The notes beneath the pieces were generated by a model that did not search any database, had not been told where the DNA came from, and saw only the letters and a program-made list of their open reading frames with translations. Both the position numbers and the translations under genes were made by a program. 41,863 bases of DNA from Piedraia hortae CBS 480.64 (taxonomy: Eukaryota), in the NCBI GenBank assembly GCA_010093745.1, contig MU006041.1, positions 3,854-45,716 of the forward strand. The letters run 5' to 3'. Below, one piece after another: positions 1-9,328 of this stretch. Positions within the stretch are counted from its first letter, which is position 1. The number at the start of each line of letters is the position of its first letter.

Positions 1-645
1 GTCAGTTCCGATTCACACTTTGCCTATACAACCCCTATGACCATCATGCAGCGGCTACCTGCCACAAGCCGCGAGGGCTTCCCTAGCCTTCCATATCTGA
101 TAGACCAGGCAAGGGCGTTTGCTGATTTGGTGCAGCTGTGGGTCGAAGTGACTACGGGCACCGATGAAGCAAGTGTTGCGCGCGCGAAGCAGATTGTAGC
201 TGACGTTGAGGCCGCGGGAGGTCCCCTGCTCGCCTTCCACGAGACGTGTCTGCAGCTGCACCGACGCACTCAAGACTGTCTCAACCGCGCCGAGCGGGCC
301 GAGCGACCGCCCAGCGCCGGCAGTTTCCAGTGGGAACACATGATCGACCAACTGCGCATGGTGGAGGACTATCCCGAGCGGGCGCCGTCGACGTCGCCGC
401 AGCGACCGGTCACGCGCGGAATGTACGAAACGAGCACGATGACGAGTGACAATGATCTGCTGACCACAGCGCTGCCCAGCTACGATCGTGAAGCCGGCCA
501 CCGTGAACGGCGGGAGGCGGCCAAGATCAAGATACAGCAGCAGCTACAAGCGCGGTCACGCGAGCACGAACATGAAAAGCGGCGCAAGATGCCCCTCGCA
601 GCGCTGAGGAAGGGTAAGAACTCGCGTAAGGAAACGACCGAGTAG
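1..645 (+). CDS. C-terminal part of a Ras GTPase-activating protein (Bud2/Cla2-like); 5' end lies outside the window
   Basis: The frame is open from base 1. TPMTIMQRLPATSREGFPSLPYLIDQARAFADLVQLW resembles the conserved post-GAP segment of filamentous-fungal Bud2-like RasGAPs (recalled, not searched). Stop TAG ends at 645. Confidence 0.7.
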   Translation, partial: VSSDSHFAYTTPMTIMQRLPATSREGFPSLPYLIDQARAFADLVQLWVEVTTGTDEASVARAKQIVADVEAAGGPLLAFHETCLQLHRRTQDCLNRAERAERPPSAGSFQWEHMIDQLRMVEDYPERAPSTSPQRPVTRGMYETSTMTSDNDLLTTALPSYDREAGHRERREAAKIKIQQQLQARSREHEHEKRRKMPLAALRKGKNSRKETTE

Positions 646-773
646 ATTTTTCTTTTTCTGCGTGCATTATTACCAGATACAGGAGGCGGCGATGGGCACT
701 CATGAGGATTGATGTGTATTAACAAATGCGTTATTGTCTTAATGATTCATGTTTTTTTTATAAAGAATGCAGC

Positions 774-1508
774 TCACCCTCCAGCTCCAACCGTGGCCGA
801 ATGTCTCCAATGGAACCTCTCACAGTCTGCCCTGACATCCTCCCTTGTATCTGCATCAGAGGCTTTGTCTACGGCCATTAATGCTTCCTCAAAACTGCCG
901 CCAAAACCCCGCAGTTGCTCCTTCCCCATCCGTTCTCCCCGTCTTGAAACGGCTGTAAGCTTTTTAAGGGCCTGCTCTGCCAGATCGCCCTCCACCGCTG
1001 CGTGTTCCCTCATCTTGACTCTATCGTGCTCCCTTGGCGGGAAGACGGGTGTGGCCATCCACGCGTGCTTGGGCGGCAGCGGCGGAAAGCCGCTTGGGAT
1101 ATAATCAAACTTGTCCACCATCAAGTTCTGCAGCAGCGCCGTTTTCGCTGCCTCGTCTGCTTCTGCTTGTGCAGAGACAAATTCTTGGCCATCTGCTGCC
1201 CACATCTGATAGTTTGGGTGAAGGGCAAAGTCGGAGAAGCGGACGTCCAGCTGCGGGGAGAGGTTGGATGAGTGTCTAGTTAACGGCAGGCGGCTTAGTG
1301 CCACGGTAAAGTCAACTGCATTAGGCTGAGCACGTCGACATGAGAGCATTGAGATGCGTACATCCCGGAGGAAAGCCAGCATCAAGGAGTCCACCAAGCC
1401 CATCAACGATTCTAGAGCTCCGGGCCCCGCTGAGCTGTAGCCAATGCCTGTGAGCAGTATGGCGAGCGAGCGCTGTAGTTGGGCTTGCATTTGCGGTGGT
1501 AGGTCCAT
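774..1508 (-). CDS. TAF8: TFIID subunit TAF8 (bromodomain-associated histone fold plus TAF8 C-terminal domain)
   Basis: Histone-fold-like N-terminal region (LQRSLAILLTGIGYSSA...ALESL...CRRAQPNAVDF) and TAF8_C motif YIPSGFPPLPPKHAWMATP. The first in-frame ATG is at 1508; the ORF track starts upstream at a non-ATG codon. Confidence 0.85.
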   Translation of the reverse strand: MDLPPQMQAQLQRSLAILLTGIGYSSAGPGALESLMGLVDSLMLAFLRDVRISMLSCRRAQPNAVDFTVALSRLPLTRHSSNLSPQLDVRFSDFALHPNYQMWAADGQEFVSAQAEADEAAKTALLQNLMVDKFDYIPSGFPPLPPKHAWMATPVFPPREHDRVKMREHAAVEGDLAEQALKKLTAVSRRGERMGKEQLRGFGGSFEEALMAVDKASDADTREDVRADCERFHWRHSATVGAGG

Positions 1509-1746
1509 TGTGTTGTCAATATGGAGGAGTTGGATCGTTTGTCGTTGTGTTTTGAGCGTCGCGACTGGTCTGATCGGTGGTTGCGCCAAGGTGAAGTCAT
1601 TGTTAGCGCCGCGCTAGAATAACATAGCGTGTGACACGTGGGAATTGACACTGGGGGGGAGGGAAATATTCCGAGTGAGGGACATCGATAAAGAATGCTA
1701 CTCTCGTCGATGTAGTTAAGCTCTGTTGCCATTTGACTGCCTGTAA

Positions 1747-2124
1747 TTACTCTTCCCATTCTGTAGTCTCCACGGTGAAACCTTCGCATCTATGGATTTG
1801 TTAGTCAAAGAACCTTTGCAACCGATTAGCGGCTCACATCCGGAAGAACCTGATGACAGGCTCACAGTAGACCTTTGACTTCGGATCCTCCCTTGGACCG
1901 CGCAAGTCACACTCGTACTGGACCAATTGCTTGAGCGGGCAATTTAGCAGTTTTTCTCTCGTAGTCGGAGGCGTGTTTTGGCTCTGCGAAGGCTTTTTAC
2001 CATCAGAGCGACTCTCGCGCAACGCATCTGCCATCTTCTTCTCCTTTTGCACCTTTGCAAACATCTCTCCCACCTTCTCCTCCAACCGCGACGTACTGAA
2101 CGCGTCGCTTGCGCCCCACAACAT
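1747..2124 (-). CDS. SOM1: Mitochondrial inner membrane peptidase subunit Som1-like protein; 2 exons (2124-1838, 1789-1747)
   Basis: Cys pattern CPLKQLVQYEC...VYCEPVIRFFR. Intron 1837-1790 (GTGAGC...GACTAAC...TAG, 48 nt) splices in frame to ICEGFTVETTEWEE*, matching the Som1 C-terminal C...VETT.WE motif. Confidence 0.85.
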
Positions 2125-2136
2125 TGCTGTCACCCA

Positions 2137-2974
2137 ATGTCAGGCGCGACAACGGGCAGACTCCTTCTCGAGCAAACCCGCAGCAACACGTATTCGCTCC
2201 TCGATGTATGCCCCTCTGCGTGTGTGTGTGCGCGCGTTCTCTGCCAAGATCTAATGTAAACGTGTTAAGCTTGTGCGACCTCTGCAGCCCGGACGGGGAG
2301 CGTCGATTGAGGTCCTCTCTCCCGCCTCAACAGGCCACGGAAAAACTTTTCTACTCTACCACCTCATCGCCCTACTCATTACCGGCCAGCACTTACCTAC
2401 CTTTACAGGGACCATTTTCCCAACCTCTGCACCGGATAAAACGATCATCGTAATAACAGACCACACATTCAACGTCCTGACCCTCGCGGCGCATATATCA
2501 TCTGCCGACCGCGTCCGATGCCTCAAACACCTTCACATCTTCACTCCCCCTCCAAGCGACCATGCCGCCTTACTCGCAACCATCGAGTCCATAAAGGGCT
2601 ATATCTTAGACACTTCGCGCCACGTCTCCGGAGACAGAAATTTGGCGCTCATCGCGCTCGATGTCTCGGCCACGAGCAATGTGGGTCCTATAGTCCTTGC
2701 AAGGCTGCTCAAAATATCCAAAGATCTGGGCGCTGTCGCGCTTTGGACAAGAAGGGAGTACCGCGATGAGGCCGAGGATTCTCTTCCGCAGCCTACGCTG
2801 AGGGTTTGGATCAGAAGGGAGGGTCGCGCTAAGCTGCCGTCAGCGATCAGTGTGGCAGATGCGAAGGCCCTCGGTGCAAGAGGTGAGTTTTTCAAAGTTG
2901 AGAATAGGACGTGGAGGGGGGTATGTGTTATTAAAGATGGTGTCTGGACGACCTTGGAGGGACCGAAGAATTGA
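2137..2974 (+). CDS. Rad51 paralog, XRCC2/Rlp1-like (RecA-type P-loop, no N-terminal HhH domain); 2 exons (2137-2205, 2270-2974), ~257 aa
   Basis: Exon 1 reads MSGATTGRLLLEQTRSNTYSLLD. A phase-0 intron at 2206-2269 (GTATGC...CTAAT...AAG) joins it in frame to the 2273 ORF. Walker A is ASTGHGKT after IEVLS, Walker B is LALIALD, and there is a 'CLKHLHIF' segment typical of Rad51 paralogs. Confidence 0.7.
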
Positions 2975-5547
2975 GATCTTTGTGTTTCAACCTAGGTGGT
3001 ATCGGCTTGTCTTCGCTTGGGGTGCCCTTCCCAGCAGCATGCAGATATTATCGCGTCGATTGCTTGTTCCGAGCAGTATGCAAGAATGTGGAAGGGGTGA
3101 GGAGGCATTTGCAGAGGCGTCAGTAGTGTGGTTGAGTTAAAGTTAGACCTTTATCTGACAGGCAGGGAGATGTGGTGCACCGTGTTCTAATTGAGAGAGC
3201 TGTAGTATATCAACTTCTCAACATTCAAGCTCGGGAGATATATCAAAGCACTGCCCATAAACATCCTACAGACATGAGTGTGACTTTCTCTTCGATTCGG
3301 TGCTACCGTATGCTGTGGTTGCTCTGCTTCCATCAAAGGTCCAGATATCCACCCTTCAAACGAGTTCAGGTATCCTTGATGGGGAGGTTGTCCATGTGAA
3401 TGGAGCACAGGGTGGAGGGGTCTGCTCTTCCATGCACACTATAAATACTTCCCCTATCTCCTTGAAATGCACATTCGCAAGAGGTAACAAACGTCTTTCC
3501 TGGCGATACAAGGTCCCCTGAAAAGATCCCGCAGTGGACGTGTACCCATTATGCGGTCACCATCCCTCTTTGATGCATGATCCGCGTACCGTTAAGGCCA
3601 ACTCATTCTATGTGGATTATGGCCTGCTTGACATGAACCTCTTACGATACCTGATAATCGCAAATCAAGCTGATTGCGTGGGTCACAGTAATGTGATTTT
3701 CGAGAGGTAGGTATGGGGTGGTTATTTCGGCCTCCGTCTCCTTGTTCATTTACTGGGGTGGGTAGAGGGATGCTTTAGCATTCATCCCGTATGGAGCCAA
3801 GGTGATGTCAGGATGACATCCAGTAAATGTAAAACTTCTCTGGGATAGAGGTATCAGACAGTATGGAGGTATTACTGCTGACTTTTTGGCAAAACTGAGG
3901 GAATTCTCAATATCTTTTCGGTTAGATCTTGGATAAAGGAATATTGCTGACAGCAAGCTTGCGGATATTGTTGACTATCGGCTTTAGCAGTTAGCAAAGC
4001 ATTCCTTTCCGCGGCTCGATTGCCGTTTTTGTGATGATGTTTTTGCATCTACTTTTACCTCGGTAAGGTTTTGTGTCGTGAAGGGCAGCATATCGTTGAT
4101 GTAAAGAGAGTCGACTTGCGGGGTTTTGTATAACAGAGTCGTAATTGTTGAGTACTCCCATACGGAACGGGCTGGTGCTAATGCTGGCTTGGGGAGTTGC
4201 AGATATTTCCCTAATCTCATAGCAGGAATCCTCGAGAAGCAATACAACACCAATACCCCTGTCTCGATGTTCAATGGTAATGGCTCGTGTAAGGTGGACT
4301 TAATGTGAGATTGCTTGAGAGCCTGGTTTGGTCGCAACGAAGGAATTGAAGCATAGGAAAAGCATGGCTAGTCCTCACCCGACTGGTTAGACGAATCTTG
4401 GCGAAATATCCCACCTTAGCAAACTTTGAACGTTACCTGTGCTTCGGTGGTATCTCGTTCTCGAACACTTGCAGAATTAACATGGATGGAAAACTTGAGA
4501 CCTAGCTTTATTGTAGAGGCAGGTAAGAGTAGCGATGCCTGAATTGCAACGATACGTGAATGGAGGAGCTGATGGCACGCAAGTCTCGCATAGAAACCCT
4601 ACTACTCTATCTCCCAAACTCATTGTTAACGACGCGTATACACTGTCAACTAATTCACATCGTGCAACACCATGCACTATGTCTCGTACAAAGACGTAAA
4701 AGTAGTGGCACCGTATAGCGTCACTGAGTGAAAGTTGAAATTGCTGCCAATGAACACTGTTTTGGCACGGATCAAATTTACCAAAAAGACAGAGTAGGAT
4801 AAGGTAGGCCTTTTCCACCTCATAGCAAGAAAATAAAAAAAAATAAAAAAAATCATAGGTCTTGTTTCCCATCTCTTACCCCTACTGCCTTCAACATTGC
4901 GATTCGTTGCATCTTACCTGGGGAATTGTGCCAGTAACGTATCCAGGTAAGTTGATGAGGAAGGGACCGAGAGTTTGGATTACCAGCGACACTGTATCTC
5001 CCGAACATGAGTAGACGGAGAAACTTTTCAAAAATGACTATCAGAGAAGAAGCACCCGCGGAGGCGTTAAACTGCAAAGAAGGGAATACCACAGTTTAAC
5101 TAAGCCAACGGTAAAAGAGAGAGAGCCGAGGGAAAAAGAATGAGCTTGGGAAAGTTTCCATTGGGCTGACGTCAGCGACTGATCTTCCGCTGATAGGTAG
5201 TATGATGTGATCAAATTTCAGACTACCGTAAAGATGGCAAACGTGCTTGATAACAAATTTTAACCTCCCCCCTTCCCCTCATCAAAACGACTGCCAACCG
5301 CAAAATCAAGAGCCTGTGAAGTTTTCGTGACGATCTAGACTGTATTTTCCAAGTCCGCTGCCAGTTTTCGAGTAAGCATAAACGAGAAAAGCACAATTCA
5401 TTCTAGAAATGAGTTATCATTTGCAGTTCGACATGATATGATAGGCAAACACGTTTTGCTTAAACATGAAAAAACAAGCACACAGATCATACACAAGAGC
5501 CCAGCTCATTGGATCATCGTTAAGAAGACAGACTCCTCTGCGAGCCC

Positions 5548-5573
5548 GGGGGAGGGGGGGGGGGGGGGGGGGG
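5548..5573. repeat. G homopolymer tract (G5AG20) downstream of the OPY2 stop
   Basis: Read directly from the sequence. Confidence 0.9.
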
Positions 5574-5646
5574 CTATCAACATCCGAACATGTATGACCC
5601 TGGGGCATAAAAAAACACAAAGCCGGGGGCGAATTGTCTGGTAAGG

Positions 5647-6741
5647 CTATTGCGCAGCGTTCTCGTCGTCAAAAGGGCTTTTTGCACCAGTAGCTGGACG
5701 AGCTTCGGAGATGCGGCTGGTCCTGCCGTCCGAGGACATGCGGCTGGCTCTCCGAGTCGCTTCTTCGATGATGTCGGAGAGGACCCCGAGGTTGCGACCG
5801 CGTTTGGTGCGCTCTTTTGAGTTCACTGTCGACGCCATTGTGGCATACGGGTTCGGCCGCAGTGATGACGACGCCGAGGGTGATGTAGGGGATGACGACG
5901 ACGAAACTCGTTCGGAGCTGTCGAAGAAGGGACTATCGGCGGGTTGAACGAGCGGTGCGTCTTCGGCCGATCGCTTACCGACCGTTACCTGCTTCGCTGT
6001 GACAGGCTTCGCCTTGGCCACACGCACAGCGCCTTCTGTGCTCTCAGAGGAATCCTCGGACGAGGCATTTGATGGTTGCGGAGACTTTACCGAGACCATG
6101 CGCGGGGCCACGCGCGTCAAGGTCTGAGCCGGCATGGGCACCTCGCTGGCATCGTCACGGTAGACGCCGGTGTCAGATGAAGCAGCCGAATAAGTGCTTT
6201 CCGGGCGGAAGAATAGGGCGTCACCCTTGTTGCTCAGCGGACTGCGCGTAGGAACACCGTTGCGCAGTTGAGCGGGAATAGGCGGCACAGGCGACTCCAG
6301 GCCGTCAGCGTTGCGATTGGTGACGCCGGGAATATACGCGATAGGAATGACATTGCTGGCACGGCTAAAGAAACTGTTGGTAACGGAACCGCGGGTGCGG
6401 GTACTGCGCGCATCCTCATTTATCTGGCTGGACCGCGTCTTTTGCTCGTCGCCCATCCACTCGGCCTCTTGCTCCGCCCTCCGCTTCCGGATGTGGAACC
6501 ACCAGACAAGAAAGACTATCAGACTGACGAGGAAGATCCCGCCCAAGATGCCGCCAGCCATGGCACCGACATTGGGGCGCGAGGCCGGCGTCGCATTGGG
6601 ATCCGGGATGCAGACAGCGGAGACACAGCGGTCGCAGGTTTGGGGGAGAAGAGAGCAGATTTTGCCGCTTCCACAGGACGGGCAGGAGGGGGTTTGCGGC
6701 GGACACTGGACGCATCGCTTCTCCAAGCGTGCGAAGGTCAT
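5647..6741 (-). CDS. OPY2: Opy2-like membrane anchor (HOG/filamentous-growth MAPK pathway)
   Basis: N-terminal 8-Cys domain CVQCPPQTPSCPSC...CSLLPQTCDRCVSAVC, a single TM (GAMAGGILGGIFLVSLIVFLVWWF), then the conserved ASNVIPIAYIPGVTNR motif and a disordered tail. Confidence 0.9.
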   Translation of the reverse strand: MTFARLEKRCVQCPPQTPSCPSCGSGKICSLLPQTCDRCVSAVCIPDPNATPASRPNVGAMAGGILGGIFLVSLIVFLVWWFHIRKRRAEQEAEWMGDEQKTRSSQINEDARSTRTRGSVTNSFFSRASNVIPIAYIPGVTNRNADGLESPVPPIPAQLRNGVPTRSPLSNKGDALFFRPESTYSAASSDTGVYRDDASEVPMPAQTLTRVAPRMVSVKSPQPSNASSEDSSESTEGAVRVAKAKPVTAKQVTVGKRSAEDAPLVQPADSPFFDSSERVSSSSSPTSPSASSSLRPNPYATMASTVNSKERTKRGRNLGVLSDIIEEATRRASRMSSDGRTSRISEARPATGAKSPFDDENAAQ

Positions 6742-7223
6742 TATGCCGGGCCGGAGCCGTAACCGTGTTTAGCAAGGAATAAGGCGGAGTCGAGGTGTCG
6801 TCGGTTGAAAGGAAATTGGGTGTCCGACCCGCTTTGTTGGCGTTCCCGCGTGAAACCGGTCACGTTTTGCCCAAAATAAACATCACGTGCGGCGACTTGC
6901 ATCTGCAGCCCAACAGTGCTGACTTGCAGAGTCGAGTCTGGACCAAAAAAGCAATGTCTGAAAGAACAAGATTAGGCAGGTACAAAGAGTGTATCGTGGC
7001 GAGTGGCCTCTTGTTTACCTAACAAAAAGGCCTTGCATCGTCATGAACGCCTCTTCACCTAACCGAGCGAAGAGGACTCGTGGCGCTCATTGCCAATGAG
7101 AGATGCTCCTTTGTGCAGGCAAGGCGTTGCAGTTTGTTGACATGTTCTATGCAGGCTGTAGTACAGCATCTCGTTCTAAAATAGCATATCGTTTATCGAA
7201 CCAACACTTTAGATCATATCTCA

Positions 7224-8273
7224 TCACATATTATCACTGTCATCTTTGAACAATTTCGCCAGGGCTTCGACCGTTGTATTGCCTCCGCTGAGCACAACAC
7301 CGATGTTCCACCCTTTGTCCTTAATCAATTCCCTAAACTCTTGATTAAATAGCACAACAGCCAGCCCCAACGCTGCAGTAGGCTCAACGAAAACCTTTGC
7401 CCTCTCCATCAACAACCGCATGGCCATTTTGATCTCATCCTCCGAGACACTATAGACCCCAGCAAACTTTTTCTTATCCGTCAAAATCTTCCAAGGGATC
7501 TCACCCACAGGCGTCCTTGCCCCATCCGCAATCGTTAGACTATTAACACTCTCCACCCTCTTCCCTTCTCTCAATCCCTTCTCACAATCATTTGCTCCCT
7601 GAAATGCCGGTTCAGCACCAAAACATCTGATCCCGGTTCCCTCCAGTGCCGTACAAACGCCACCCATCATTCCACCCCCCCCAATAGGTGCAATGACCGC
7701 ATCCAAACCCCCAGAGACACTCAATGCCTTAACTTGTTCCTCAAACTCAAGCGCAAGCGTGCCCTGTCCAAGAATGATATCCGGATGATCATAAGGCGGG
7801 ACAAGTGTGGCACCCGTCTTGGCTCTAATCTCCTCAACCAATGCCTCCCTCTCCTCACTATTCGACCCACTAAACGCAATCCGCGCACCAAGCTGTTCCG
7901 TACCCGCAATTTTCGACGGTGCCGAAATGCTCGGCATGACAATATGCGCAGGAACGTTAAAAGTTTTAGCCGCGAGGGCAAGTGCCTGCGCATGATTTCC
8001 CGACGAATGCGTGATCACACCGCCGGAAGCGCAAAGCGCCTCATGTCCGACGTTTGAGAGGAGGTGTGATAATGCATGAAAGGCGCCGCGCGCTTTGAAT
8101 GCGCCAATCTTTTGCGTGTTTTCGCATTTAAAGAGGAGTTTGTTCCCGTTGCTGAGGGCATCGAGGGTTGAGCAGGTTACCACGGGGGTTAGGTGAACAT
8201 ATGGTTTGATGATTTCGTGTGCAGTTTTTACGCTTTCCCGTGTGAGAGGCGGGCAGGTGAATATGTCTGCCAT
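7224..8273 (-). CDS. PLP-dependent serine racemase / threonine dehydratase-like enzyme (fold type II)
   Basis: Motifs FKCENTQKIGAFKARGA (PLP lysine), HSSGNHAQALA, PYDHPDIILGQGT, PIGGGGM and VLSGGN. First ATG at 8273. Confidence 0.9.
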   Translation of the reverse strand: MADIFTCPPLTRESVKTAHEIIKPYVHLTPVVTCSTLDALSNGNKLLFKCENTQKIGAFKARGAFHALSHLLSNVGHEALCASGGVITHSSGNHAQALALAAKTFNVPAHIVMPSISAPSKIAGTEQLGARIAFSGSNSEEREALVEEIRAKTGATLVPPYDHPDIILGQGTLALEFEEQVKALSVSGGLDAVIAPIGGGGMMGGVCTALEGTGIRCFGAEPAFQGANDCEKGLREGKRVESVNSLTIADGARTPVGEIPWKILTDKKKFAGVYSVSEDEIKMAMRLLMERAKVFVEPTAALGLAVVLFNQEFRELIKDKGWNIGVVLSGGNTTVEALAKLFKDDSDNM

Positions 8274-8462
8274 AGCTTTTTTGACATGCGTACACGATTG
8301 GTGGTCGTGCAAGTTCTGCAAAGTTTAAGTCTCAAAAGGGGAAGTCGGTCAAGACGTCAGACCCGGAACTCGGACATTTTTTGAACGTTCGGCCACATTT
8401 AGCTGGAGTGTTGGCGACGATTTTCGCAGCAAGTGTTGTTTTGAGTGTTCGCCTTCCACATA

Positions 8463-9287
8463 ATGACAAACCTTGACTTCAGCGAAGGGGAGAGCAAGAG
8501 ACAAGCACTTCGCCAGCGCGCGTCGGAATATGACTGTCTCCCTTGCCGACTCATGGGTAGCCTTCCCAATTAAGCAAAATTTCCCAATAATATCTCACTA
8601 ACATTCTATTATAATTGTGAGCAGATGTGTACCTGCATACAAATCTCTACGGAAAACTAGTTGACGCGTGAAGTCGAGAGCCGAGCGACGGTTACTAANN
8701 NNNNNNNNTCCTGGTCTTCTTCGGCTCTTTTCTGTGGCTGAGGGCGAGCCCGAACCGCTGGGATGTCGTGAAAGACATGTCCGACCAAGGTCTTGTCTGT
8801 TGCCAGGCTCAGAGCGCCCTGCAAGTCAGCGTTCCATGCCTCGAATGGCGTTCCAGCCTTGAGAATGACAGCTCTTTTTCTTTCGTAGCTCATGGTCTCT
8901 GGAAGCTCCGCTTTCGCTTCGAGACTCAATTTGAATAGCGCTTGTTAGCGGTAGAGCCCGGGCTCATAACCTATTATAATTGTGAGCAGATGTGTACCTG
9001 CATACAAATCTCTACGGAAAACTAGTTGACGCGTGAAGTCGAGAGCCGAGCGACGGTTACTAATAATGCGCGTAATATACCGCATATTCACAACACATTC
9101 CCTAGGCAGCCTCGCATTCACAGGGCTGGGAATATACACGTACGCATCAGGGCGAAAGCAGCTGAACCTACGAGCAGAAGAGATTCGAAGATCGGGGTCG
9201 CGAATTGGGGTGATGCCACGCAGACTGGCCACATTAGGGCTATCAGCTTCACTGGTGGGTATCGGCGTCTATCGACTTATCAACTAA
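8463..9287 (+). CDS. Small DUF4536 / DMAC1-like membrane protein (~91 aa); exons 8463-8556 and 9106-9287, with the intron interrupted by an LTR element
   Basis: Exon 1 is MTNLDFSEGESKRQALRQRASEYDCLPCRLM-G with donor GTAGCC at 8557 (phase 1). Acceptor CCTAG ends at 9105. Exon 2 continues in frame: GSLAFTGLGIYTYASGRKQL...LATLGLSASLVGIGVYRLIN*. The DCxxCR-G plus two-TM pattern is characteristic of DUF4536. Confidence 0.8.
8607..8698 (-). repeat. 3' LTR, partial (remaining 32 bp fall in the N gap)
   Basis: Identical to 8972-9063 and flanked by TSD CATTC at 8602-8606. Confidence 0.85.
8699..8708. other. Scaffold gap (10 N)
   Basis: Run of N; the true size is unknown. Confidence 0.99.
8709..8893 (-). 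CDS. N-terminus of copia Gag(-Pol), truncated by the assembly gap
   Basis: ATG at 8893, shortly after the PBS. MSYERKRAVILKAGTPFEAWNADLQGALSLATDKTLVGHVFHDIP... stays open up to the Ns; the W...L...GHV spacing resembles copia Gag N-termini. Confidence 0.7.
8960..8971 (-). promoter_or_regulatory. Primer-binding site GGTTATGAGCCC (internal tRNAiMet-fragment, Hemivirus/copia-type priming)
   Basis: Lies directly 3' of the 5' LTR on the minus strand. It resembles the Drosophila copia/Ty5-type PBS complementary to the anticodon arm of initiator tRNA-Met. Confidence 0.75.
8972..9095 (-). repeat. 5' LTR, 124 bp (TGTTGTGAA...ATTATAATA on the minus strand)
   Basis: Bounded by the TSD on one side and the PBS on the other; begins TGTTG. 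Confidence 0.85.
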
Positions 9288-9328
9288 ACTACTTTTTTTT
9301 TTTTCCCATTGTAAAGTAATGTCTCATG

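Larger units (their letters stand above)
8607..9095 (-). mobile_element. Ty1/copia LTR retrotransposon insertion; interior mostly missing in an assembly gap
   Basis: Direct repeats 8607-8698 = 8972-9063 (92 nt identical), 5-bp TSD CATTC at 8602-8606 and 9096-9100, PBS GGTTATGAGCCC directly after the 5' LTR, and a Gag-like ORF start running into the Ns. Confidence 0.9.

Noticed and set aside
8607..9063. 92-bp duplication next to the N gap interpreted as a pure contig-overlap artefact
   Set aside because: A matching TSD on the outer flanks, a PBS, a Gag start and clean restoration of a host intron explain it better as LTRs. An artefact is not fully excluded without reads.
8945..9319. ORFs 8945-9232 (-), 9026-9319 (+) and the N-terminal part of 9033-9287 (+)
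   Set aside because: These are chimeras of LTR and host exon sequence; only 9106-9287 is the real exon.
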